From a virus, in IMG/VR virus record IMGVR_UViG_3300029711_000003, positions 36,538-100,537 of that record: a DNA stretch of 64,000 nt, one strand, 5' to 3'. A program made the position numbers and the translations under genes. The notes below the pieces were generated by a model that was given only the letters and a program-made list of their open reading frames with translations, was not told the DNA's origin and made no database searches. Positions 45,636 through 53,056 of the stretch are shown here, one piece after another (the stretch's first letter is position 1; every line of letters starts with the position of its first letter).

Positions 45636-45888
45636 AGCAAACGGTGATGTGGAAAATGTAGAGCCGAAGAATGGTACAGACTTTCAGTTGGAAGAGTTAC
45701 AAAAAATCGTAGGAGGCTACATTGAGTGCTTGAATTTTACGGATGGAACTTTATTGGTTTGTAACGAAGAGGGCAAACTAATGAACCTGCCTTACAATGA
45801 GAAAGCTACAAACTTGGTAAGAAAGAACGGATATGATGACTATATTGTAGGCGATGTATTACTTTGTAATAATGAGGAGGTGCATTGA
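45619..45888 (+). CDS. DUF3846-like protein
   Basis: 89 aa. LEELQKIVGGYIECLNFTDGTLLVCNEEGKLMNLPYNEKAT fits L..LQ..VGG.IE...L.DG..L..NEEGKL..LP.N..AT. Confidence 0.5.
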   Translation: MAKIYRANGDVENVEPKNGTDFQLEELQKIVGGYIECLNFTDGTLLVCNEEGKLMNLPYNEKATNLVRKNGYDDYIVGDVLLCNNEEVH

Positions 45889-46172
45889 TGCAAGATGAGA
45901 AATATAAAGCAAAGGATGGAACTATTTATGTACGCATAAATAAGTTACGAGCAAGAAACTATTATGGTTCAGGAAAGACCATTTTGCTTGTTCCCGATGG
46001 AATGAGATTAGAGCTTGCTTGGGATAGTCTTAAACTTATTAGTTTGTATGACAACCCAGAGGATAAGCGTAATTTTGACCGTAGGGTTGATGATTATGTC
46101 TATTATAGGAATTTGAGCAAAGGCAGAAACACTAAGACACTTAAATACTTTATCAAACAAAAGGACTTATGA
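45885..46172 (+). CDS. hypothetical protein
   Basis: 95 aa. ATGA overlap at its start. Confidence 0.45.
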   Translation: MMQDEKYKAKDGTIYVRINKLRARNYYGSGKTILLVPDGMRLELAWDSLKLISLYDNPEDKRNFDRRVDDYVYYRNLSKGRNTKTLKYFIKQKDL

Positions 46173-46348
46173 AAACAGTTTATCTTGACATAATGGTAGG
46201 CAATATGTTCGTAGCTCAATTGCCTTACAAAGTCAATCCGATATTCCCAGCAACCGATAAGGAGCTGCGTGAGTATGTCGTTTCCAAACGCCCAACGCTA
46301 CGAAACAAAAAGTTTGTTATATCATTTTCTAACAATCGTGTAATATGA
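46169..46348 (+). CDS. small hypothetical protein (59 aa, below track cutoff)
   Basis: MKTVYLDIMVGNMFVAQLPYKVNPIFPATDKELREYVVSKRPTLRNKKFVISFSNNRVI*. ATGA overlaps with both neighbours fill an otherwise unexplained gap. Confidence 0.5.
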   Translation: MKTVYLDIMVGNMFVAQLPYKVNPIFPATDKELREYVVSKRPTLRNKKFVISFSNNRVI

Positions 46349-46575
46349 GCAAAAAGATTACTAACAAATACCGAGTAGCAAGAATTTGTAACGCTATCTT
46401 ATGCCTTGCTTTGCTAATCATAATAATGAGAGCAGCGTACAACACTTGGAGTATGTACGGTCAATATACTTTGTTTAGTTTTCTTGTATCCTTATTTATT
46501 CACGGTACGTTCAGCGGTATGATTTATCTTGGTATTGATTATCTGCTTCGTAAATTCACGAAAGAAGATGTTTGA
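46345..46575 (+). CDS. small membrane protein (2 TM; holin-like topology)
   Basis: 76 aa. TM1 ICNAILCLALLIIIM, TM2 LFSFLVSLFIHGTFSGMIYLGI, charged C-terminus. Confidence 0.45.
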   Translation: MSKKITNKYRVARICNAILCLALLIIIMRAAYNTWSMYGQYTLFSFLVSLFIHGTFSGMIYLGIDYLLRKFTKEDV

Positions 46576-46783
46576 CTTTAATGAGCAATTCCGTTTCTCA
46601 GAAGCTGACCGTGATATGACGGATGCTTTGTTTGGTATATTTTTCATGAACCAACAAGCAAGAAAGCGTAATGAGGCTTGGGTTCAGACGAAACCTAATC
46701 AAAGAAGTGAACAAGGACAAAAACGTATAAATCTGTTAAAAGAACAAGCAGAAGACATAGAATATGAAGAGCTTTGTGATTGA
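46568..46783 (+). CDS. hypothetical protein
   Basis: Start set to ATG 46568 (8-nt overlap; the track start 46529 lies inside the previous gene). Confidence 0.4.
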   Translation: MFDFNEQFRFSEADRDMTDALFGIFFMNQQARKRNEAWVQTKPNQRSEQGQKRINLLKEQAEDIEYEELCD

Positions 46784-47105
46784 TATAACAGCAGCTAGTT
46801 ATAATGGTTTAGGAATAGTTGGGAGAAGGATAATCACTGAACAATTCCCAAACCGAAAGGAAGCAATGAAATATTTGTGCAAAAATTACTATCATATCAA
46901 AATAAACAAAATAACGGAAATGAAAAATTACATTGTTAAATTCTTTGGAAGTAAGAATAGACGTGAACAAATCAAACAAGTTAAAAACATGATTGTACAA
47001 GCCTCAAGAGCTACGGAAGTTGAAGACATCTTGAGACACAAGTATGGATATGAAGTTATCAACGGTTTGAAAATAAGAGAATGTGAGCAAAATGAGAATG
47101 AATGA
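46764..47105 (+). CDS. hypothetical protein
   Basis: 113 aa. Confidence 0.45.
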   Translation: MKSFVIDITAASYNGLGIVGRRIITEQFPNRKEAMKYLCKNYYHIKINKITEMKNYIVKFFGSKNRREQIKQVKNMIVQASRATEVEDILRHKYGYEVINGLKIRECEQNENE

Positions 47106-47355
47106 TTTTTTTAAGATTACACTTGCTGCCTTGTTTAGCATAGTAATACTGGGTTGTGTAATTATGGGAATAATTCAGGAGTGTAGCAGAAGCAGAATTT
47201 ACAGCACTCCTAAGAGAATTATAAAACGTGAACGAATATCTGAAAGCTCCGATAACGAAATATGGCGTACAAGCACGTATCATCTTGTTACGGTGGAATA
47301 TGATACGATACCTAAGAAAACCAGCTGGGATACAGCGCATGAATTACCAAGATGA
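47092..47355 (+). CDS. small membrane-anchored or lipoprotein-like protein
   Basis: Start set to ATG 47092 (track uses GTG 47083). N-terminal FKITLAALFSIVILGCVIMGII contains a lipobox-like ILGC. Confidence 0.4.
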   Translation: MRMNDFFKITLAALFSIVILGCVIMGIIQECSRSRIYSTPKRIIKRERISESSDNEIWRTSTYHLVTVEYDTIPKKTSWDTAHELPR

Positions 47356-47786
47356 AGAAAATTATATTGATATTTGTATTATCGGCATTTGCTATGATTG
47401 CCGTAGGTCAGGAGCCTTTGTTTAAGAAGTCAAGCAACAAAGTATCATCAAAATGTATAAAAGGAAAGATTTATACAACTTATGAATACTTTGATTATTA
47501 CTTTTATTCGGGCAAGACCATCATCAAAAGTATTAAGTTTAAGAAAGCTGACCTGAACGACTACTTCAACCCAGAGGAAGCGGATTGGAACGCTACGGAG
47601 TTGTATGATGAGGATATTGAGTATTTGCGTAGTAAGAATGTAGAGCATTGCGATACTGTTGTGCAAGGAAAGCGGTTTGTTGGTTGGTATGTTGTTATCC
47701 GAGATACCAAGACGGAGAAGAATTCAATCACTACCAAACCTAAGAAGAAAGCACCGCAAACAAGTTCTTATATGCGTAAAATTTAG
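47352..47786 (+). CDS. secreted protein (signal peptide)
   Basis: 144 aa. MKKIILIFVLSAFAMIAVGQEP. ATGA overlap with the previous gene. Confidence 0.5.
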   Translation: MKKIILIFVLSAFAMIAVGQEPLFKKSSNKVSSKCIKGKIYTTYEYFDYYFYSGKTIIKSIKFKKADLNDYFNPEEADWNATELYDEDIEYLRSKNVEHCDTVVQGKRFVGWYVVIRDTKTEKNSITTKPKKKAPQTSSYMRKI

Positions 47787-47925
47787 CAACAAAAGTTAAA
47801 AATTTGCCCAAAATAGTTAAAAGCAGGAGATTTACCAAAAATTTCTTGCTTTTTATTTTGCTATTTCCGCAAAAGTTCGTACCTTCGCTAACAGAAACAA
47901 TAACAAATTAAACATTATCAAACAT
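47787..47925 (+). promoter_or_regulatory. class-1 terminator-promoter cassette, copy C
   Basis: AAAGTTAAAAATTTGCCCAAAATAGTTAAAA box (47794-47822). AGCAGGAGATTT/AAATTTCTTGCT hairpin plus T-run. TTTG (47857-47860), 19-nt spacer, then TACCTTCG (47880-47887). Confidence 0.6.
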
Positions 47926-48228
47926 ATGAAAGTAGTAAACTTGAGCAAACAGGAAATAAGGGATTTGTTAGCATTGATAAACAACTCCGATAACGAGTGC
48001 TATGATAGCATTGCAAAGAAGCTGAACCGTGAGACTTTGTATTTGACCGTACTAAAAGCCGTTGACGGTCGTTTCGGCAAGCGAGTATTGAAACCTCAGT
48101 ACCGTAGATGTTGGAGAGTGATGACCTATGGAGCGTTGGCGTTTCTGTTCTTCAGATTTGTCGTTTGTCCGTTCTTCGCTTGGTGGGATAAGGTAGTGAC
48201 ATTCTTGAACTATGTAATTTGGGGATGA
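47926..48228 (+). CDS. hypothetical protein with C-terminal TM segment
   Basis: 100 aa. C-terminal YGALAFLFFRFVVCPFFAWW. Confidence 0.5.
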   Translation: MKVVNLSKQEIRDLLALINNSDNECYDSIAKKLNRETLYLTVLKAVDGRFGKRVLKPQYRRCWRVMTYGALAFLFFRFVVCPFFAWWDKVVTFLNYVIWG

Positions 48229-48467
48229 AGAAAGAAACAGCATACAAAGTATTGGCTAAGATACGATGGCAGATACACATACAAGAAATGTTCTTGATGA
48301 AAGCAGGCAGGATACAGAGCCTGAAGTCCAAAGATAGGGAAATGATAATAAAAGACGTTTGCTGGGTTGATGGTACTCTTTCAGGGCAAGTACAATATGC
48401 CCAACGAAGAAGGGAGAAGCTGATGAGAGCCTACGAGCGTATAATGAATAAGCATATTAGAAAGTGA
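48225..48467 (+). CDS. hypothetical basic protein
   Basis: Start set to ATG 48225 (ATGA overlap; track uses TTG 48219). Confidence 0.45.
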   Translation: MKKETAYKVLAKIRWQIHIQEMFLMKAGRIQSLKSKDREMIIKDVCWVDGTLSGQVQYAQRRREKLMRAYERIMNKHIRK

Positions 48468-48486
48468 CGAGCAACACAATTACCAA

Positions 48487-48556
48487 ATTGCTCCTGTGTT
48501 CCAAGCTAAGAAGCAGTAAAAGACTTCGGATGAATAGCGATGGGCACAGGAGCAAT
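48487..48556 (+). other. long-range 12-bp stem (possible terminator or small structured RNA)
   Basis: ATTGCTCCTGTG (48487-48498) pairs with CACAGGAGCAAT (48545-48556) around a 46-nt loop containing CTTCGG. Followed by CATTATTTTATT. Confidence 0.4.
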
Positions 48557-48858
48557 CATTATTTTATTGGGTCAATTCCTTGCTAATAGGGGGATTGGTT
48601 TACAGGGGGTTTATAGTGCGCGTGAGCGTACCCGTATATGCGTGCGTATATACATGACAAATTCAACAAATATAAACTGATGTACTTTGTAAGGAAAGGG
48701 GTGCGGGGGAAACCATTACTTTGGTACATAAGGGGTATGCCATCAAAGTTATACATTCCAGTAATCAAAAAATTTCAAACATCAAGATTATTTCTGACGA
48801 TGTATTCGATATGATTTTCAGAGTTTATTGTAGCATAACGAAATGTTTTAACAGAATT

Positions 48859-49224
48859 ATGATGAAACTAAAAATTAACAAAGAGGCAAAGAATTTTGCC
48901 GTTGAGCTTGAAAAAGAATATCCGAGCTTGAAGAGTTATCATGAATTGATTTCTAAGGAAGTCGGTTGTCCTTGGGAAGAAGTAGTTTGTTTAGATGTTC
49001 ATCCAGACAATGCTATTGGCGATGAAGAAGGATGGCAGATTGAGGCTTTCTTTCCACGTGGCGTTGACCCTGAAACAAGCATGATTAATGATGACTATAA
49101 GACCAAAGATTTTTTTGTTGGTTCGGTAGTACGTTTGAAACAGGACGGAGCTACATTTGTTGCCGAGACAAATACAAGTCCTTGGACCATTTATGCTAAT
49201 CCAAAGACAATCGAAGTATGGTAA
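48859..49224 (+). CDS. hypothetical protein
   Basis: Start set to ATG 48859 (track uses TTG 48721; ATG 48811 is also possible). 121 aa. Confidence 0.45.
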   Translation: MMKLKINKEAKNFAVELEKEYPSLKSYHELISKEVGCPWEEVVCLDVHPDNAIGDEEGWQIEAFFPRGVDPETSMINDDYKTKDFFVGSVVRLKQDGATFVAETNTSPWTIYANPKTIEVW

Positions 49225-49571
49225 AGGTAAGAGAAAGTCAGATACCTGAGGACAGCGGAAAGAAGCAAGACGCTATCCCAGCGGATGATGAGCACAAACG
49301 TCTTAAAAAGACCGTCATCAGTTTCCAAGAAGAAGGCATTGTAATATCGGCATATGACCTACACACCATTGAGAAAGATATGAGGTTTGTGGAAAAACCG
49401 AAAGCTCATTTTGAATGGGGTATTGCTATAAACAAAGGACTTGAATCAGGTCAATTTGTGAAAAAATCCGATGTTTATATGTGGTATAACAGTGAAGAAG
49501 TACGTGACGAGAAATACGAGAGGTTGTTGAAATTACTGGAATCAGAGGGTTTGAACATCATAGAAGTTTAG
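49218..49571 (+). CDS. hypothetical protein
   Basis: 117 aa. 7-nt overlap with the previous gene. Confidence 0.5.
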   Translation: MVKVRESQIPEDSGKKQDAIPADDEHKRLKKTVISFQEEGIVISAYDLHTIEKDMRFVEKPKAHFEWGIAINKGLESGQFVKKSDVYMWYNSEEVRDEKYERLLKLLESEGLNIIEV

Positions 49572-49623
49572 AAAGCAAGTATAATACTGTCATAAATTGT
49601 TAAATTTTTAATTGTAAACAAAA

Positions 49624-49932
49624 ATGAATAAGTATGATTTAGTGTCAGCAGTAGCCGAAAAGACTGGGCTGACGAAGAACGATGTTAACAAAGTGATTGA
49701 TGCTATCCAGCCTGTAATCATTGAAGAGTGCGTTGATAAAGGTGGAGAGGTAAATTTGCCGCAGCTTGGTAAGTTCAAGCAGAAGGTTAATCCTGCCCGC
49801 AAAGGTATCAATCCGTTGACTAAGAAGCCTATGGATGTGCCCGAAAGCCATACTTTGCGCTTTCAGCCGTCATCTTCACTCAGGAAAGTTGTTGAGCCGA
49901 AGAAAGCAGCTGCCAAGAAAGGTAAGGAATAA
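49624..49932 (+). CDS. HU/IHF-family DNA-binding protein with Lys-rich tail
   Basis: 102 aa. MNKYDLVSAVAEKTGLTKNDVNKVIDAI...GKFKQKVNPARKGINPLTKKPMDVPESHTLRFQPS matches the HU fold signature. Tail is EPKKAAAKKGKE. Confidence 0.85.
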   Translation: MNKYDLVSAVAEKTGLTKNDVNKVIDAIQPVIIEECVDKGGEVNLPQLGKFKQKVNPARKGINPLTKKPMDVPESHTLRFQPSSSLRKVVEPKKAAAKKGKE

Positions 49933-49957
49933 CCACATTTCTCCATGATGAAAATGA

Positions 49958-50008
49958 AAACGGAACTTGTCGTTTGATAGTTCCGTTTCTTTTTTCTACA
50001 AAGTTTAC
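49958..50008 (+). terminator. class-2-like terminator + TACAAAGTTTAC box
   Basis: AAACGGAACT (49958-49967) pairs with AGTTCCGTTT (49979-49988), then a T-run, then TACAAAGTTTAC (49997-50008). Confidence 0.7.
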
Positions 50009-50029
50009 AATAAAAAATTTGACAATGAT

Positions 50030-50344
50030 ATGAAAGCGATAACGAACAAAGAAAGGTTACCAAAGTTTCTTATGGTGAACGATATTCCTGAGAAGCGTTC
50101 TTGGAACAAACATCTTCTCAAGCCCTACAAAAAAGGAGAGATTGTGAAAGTAGCTCCTTTTGAAGAGCAAAAAAGGAATGAGGCGTATGATGAACAATTT
50201 AGATTTGTTAAACCGAACAATGACCCATTATGGTTTAGACAAAGATACGTGGTTATATATCGCAAGGATGACAACGGAAAGTTCACTTTGAAATATACCG
50301 AAGATTGGGAAAGTTTTGATTTATTAACAAAAATAAAAAAGTAA
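50030..50344 (+). CDS. hypothetical protein
   Basis: Start set to ATG 50030; the track start 49967 is non-ATG and lies inside the terminator. Confidence 0.5.
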   Translation: MKAITNKERLPKFLMVNDIPEKRSWNKHLLKPYKKGEIVKVAPFEEQKRNEAYDEQFRFVKPNNDPLWFRQRYVVIYRKDDNGKFTLKYTEDWESFDLLTKIKK

Positions 50345-50348
50345 CAAA

Positions 50349-50816
50349 ATGAAAAAAGCTAAGATTGAAAAGAAACTCGCAAAGGCTTTGTTTAATGACA
50401 AAGAGCGTGCCGTGATTATGAACTCATTGTACTATTCGGTACATAAGTACAAACAACACGGAGATACCGACAATGCGGTATTTGTTCAGGCGGTTGCTAA
50501 CCGTGTAGCCGAAGTGTTTGATATTCAAAATCAGAAGTACACCAAGGCAGAGGTTGACGCCATTGTTGAAAATGCTCTCAAAGAAGCAAAAGAGCGGTTT
50601 GTTAAAATTCTTGATAATGAGTCTTACTCGCAGTTCAAGAGAGGTTATCAGAAAGCTATGGAGCAGTTCAACAATGGAGTTTGCGTGGCGGTATTACATC
50701 ATCACGATGAAGAAGCAAAAGATGATGGTGAGCAAAAACCTGATGCACCGAGCAATGATGAGAAGCCCGAAGGTGGGGAGAATAAAGACAACACTGAGCA
50801 TACCGAAGGCAAATGA
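50349..50816 (+). CDS. hypothetical protein with acidic tail
   Basis: 155 aa. Confidence 0.5.
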   Translation: MKKAKIEKKLAKALFNDKERAVIMNSLYYSVHKYKQHGDTDNAVFVQAVANRVAEVFDIQNQKYTKAEVDAIVENALKEAKERFVKILDNESYSQFKRGYQKAMEQFNNGVCVAVLHHHDEEAKDDGEQKPDAPSNDEKPEGGENKDNTEHTEGK

Positions 50817-51107
50817 TTTTTCTCACAACGGTAATACTGATAATTGCGTTCCTTGTTCGTGGTGCCTATAACATGAAGAATGGTTAGCCTTTAAGCAATC
50901 ATAGCACTTCTGTTTCAGAGGTTGATAGCGATGAGAAACATTGTCGTGAAGCGGATTATCAGCAACCCGATATTTTAGATGTTAACAAGGCATTCATCTG
51001 CGACCAGTTGATGCTACATTTGTATGCTTTGTATTAGATGTTCAAAAGTTTTATTGAACAATAGGCGATAGAGAATTTACATATATTTTTAGACAAACAT
51101 TTTATCC

Positions 51108-51157
51108 TTGCCCCTAATGAAGCTGATGCATAAGTGGATTTAGGGGCAATTCTTTTT
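51108..51157 (+). terminator. terminator-like hairpin ending a 377-nt non-coding region
   Basis: TTGCCCCTAA (51108-51117) pairs with TTAGGGGCAA (51140-51149) around a 22-nt loop, then TTCTTTTT. Confidence 0.5.
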
Positions 51158-51193
51158 GAACAAAGTTCTATAAATAGAGAAAAATCAACATAT

Positions 51194-51862
51194 ATGATAA
51201 AGAGTAATTACATAGTATTTGATACAGAAACTGGCGGTTTAGACGAAACGAAAAATCCAATCACTCAGTATGCTGCTGTAGTTCTTGAAGGACGTACTTT
51301 GAAAGAAATAGACCGTTGGGAAACATTCGTTAAGCCGTATGGAGATTTAGTGATTGAAAAAGATGCGCTTGACCATACGATGGTTTCAATGTCCGATATA
51401 AACAAGGGATTGAAAGTAAAGGATTTTGTTGCTACGGTCAAAGAGTTTTGGGAAACTCATAGGGCAAAATCAAAACGTAAGGAAATGGGACGGTTAGTTC
51501 CAGTAGGTCATAATATACCGTTTGATAACCGTTTCTTGAATTTTGCTTTGAACTTTTGCGGAGAAAGCTACGATATTACTGAGTGGATGTATCCTAACTT
51601 TATTGATACATTTCCTATTGCTAAATTAGCTTTTGGAGTATCGGGTGATGAAAAGATAAATTTGGGAGCTTGTTGTGAACGTGCTAAGATTAAACTCACC
51701 GATGCTCACGGTGCTATGAATGACGTAGAAGCTACAGCAGACCTTTTGCGTTGGTTTATGAAGAAGTTAAGAGCTAAGAAGGGAGAAGGAACTGCGGATG
51801 ACGTTTCTTCAGGTCGTGCGAGAGGTAACGAGTTCTTTGAATTCAAATGTGCAGCAAAATGA
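51194..51862 (+). CDS. DEDDh 3-prime to 5-prime exonuclease (DnaQ/epsilon-like)
   Basis: Start set to ATG 51194 (track uses GTG 51134 inside the hairpin). Exo I YIVFDTETGGL, Exo II GHNIPFDNRFL, Exo III HGAMNDVEATADL. Confidence 0.8.
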   Translation: MIKSNYIVFDTETGGLDETKNPITQYAAVVLEGRTLKEIDRWETFVKPYGDLVIEKDALDHTMVSMSDINKGLKVKDFVATVKEFWETHRAKSKRKEMGRLVPVGHNIPFDNRFLNFALNFCGESYDITEWMYPNFIDTFPIAKLAFGVSGDEKINLGACCERAKIKLTDAHGAMNDVEATADLLRWFMKKLRAKKGEGTADDVSSGRARGNEFFEFKCAAK

Positions 51863-52179
51863 GTTATCAAACATTTCAATTAGCGCAGCAATTAGAGGAA
51901 GCGTTCAACAGTGTTGGTTCTTCTATGATGTCCGTGAACTTTGCCGCTAAGTTACTTGCTTATGTATATGTTCGTGGTGGAGGCAATGAAGCTGTGACGA
52001 TGCACGAAGGGTTGAATGCCGGCATAGCCATAGCTCAACAGAAATTCAATATCAAAGGCGGTGAACGTCCAGACTATAAAGGAATTGCTTGTATAAGAGC
52101 TTTTATCAATGAGCTTGAACGTAAGGGCGATGATACGCCTTGGTTGAAAGACATATATCGTAGATACAACTTGAAATAA
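51859..52179 (+). CDS. hypothetical protein
   Basis: Start set to ATG 51859 (ATGA overlap). Confidence 0.45.
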   Translation: MSYQTFQLAQQLEEAFNSVGSSMMSVNFAAKLLAYVYVRGGGNEAVTMHEGLNAGIAIAQQKFNIKGGERPDYKGIACIRAFINELERKGDDTPWLKDIYRRYNLK

Positions 52180-52216
52180 ACAGTTATTATAAACATAAAT
52201 TGAAAATTTGAATCGT

Positions 52217-52987
52217 ATGACTGAACAATTGAACAATGAAGCTCCGAAACGTAAACGGAGAACGAAAGCAGAAATGGAAGCTGCCCGTGCCGCAGGTGAG
52301 GCTCCTGCTAAGAGAGTGAAGAAAGATACTGGCGAAACTAAGAAAGGTGATGAGCAAGCACCTAAAGCACCTAAAGCACCTGAAACTTATGCTGCTAAGC
52401 CTAAGCTGAAGCCCGAACAATCCGTACTTATTATGGCATGTCTTGAGCCTCAGGTTGCTAAAAAGGCAATGGATGCTGCTAAGGAAAGAGGTGTTGAAGT
52501 AGTTATTCTTGAAGATAAGGTTATTCATGACTATTTGGACATGAAGACTAAGAAGCCTGAGAGTTTGGGTGAGTTCTTGAGTAATACTTCTAACCGTCTT
52601 CAAGCAGAACAAAACCGTACCAAACTTTGGATGATAGTTACAGGCGGTGCTCCAGTAGAACAAGCATCAACGAGAATTATCACCGAAACGGAGGTTGTGA
52701 AGAAGACAACGTTGTCTCATGGACAAGCAAAGGCTATGTTCAATCTTTTGAGAGCTTTCGGATTGTTGAGATTCACGAAAGGAACGCATGAGTTTGTTTT
52801 GAACTTCGACAAGAACGATTGTCATAACACTATCGAAACGGAAGTATTGAGTATGGCGGAAGTTATGAACAATGACATCTTGCGTTTCAAGAACAGTATT
52901 GAATCAGATACCAGTTTATCAGAAGAACAAAAGAAACAGAAATATGATGAATTCAAGAACAGCGTTTGTGAGTCGCTGCGCTTTTAG
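52217..52987 (+). CDS. hypothetical protein with Lys/Pro/Ala-rich N-terminal region
   Basis: Start set to ATG 52217 (track uses TTG 52208). N-terminal APKRKRRTKAEMEAARAAGEAPAKRVKK...APKAPKAPETYAAKPKLKPE. Confidence 0.5.
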   Translation: MTEQLNNEAPKRKRRTKAEMEAARAAGEAPAKRVKKDTGETKKGDEQAPKAPKAPETYAAKPKLKPEQSVLIMACLEPQVAKKAMDAAKERGVEVVILEDKVIHDYLDMKTKKPESLGEFLSNTSNRLQAEQNRTKLWMIVTGGAPVEQASTRIITETEVVKKTTLSHGQAKAMFNLLRAFGLLRFTKGTHEFVLNFDKNDCHNTIETEVLSMAEVMNNDILRFKNSIESDTSLSEEQKKQKYDEFKNSVCESLRF

Positions 52988-53012
52988 TAGTTTTGTTTTT
53001 ATTTAGCTTGAG

Positions 53013-53038
53013 GCTGACGGAGCAATCCGTCAGCTTTT
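53013..53038 (+). terminator. rho-independent terminator
   Basis: GCTGACGGA-GCAA-TCCGTCAGC, then TTTT. Confidence 0.8.
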
Positions 53039-53056
53039 GTTGCATATAGGAGGATT

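Noticed and set aside
48583-48768. 61-aa minus-strand ORF inside the G-tract non-coding island
   Set aside because: It would be the only reverse-strand gene in 64 kb, its composition is odd, and no start context is evident. The region is treated as non-coding (see finding).
48468-51193. tRNA genes in the two long non-coding gaps
   Set aside because: I found no T-arm consensus (GTTCRANYC) with flanking complementary stems, nor acceptor-stem pairing. The call needs tRNAscan-SE to be definitive.
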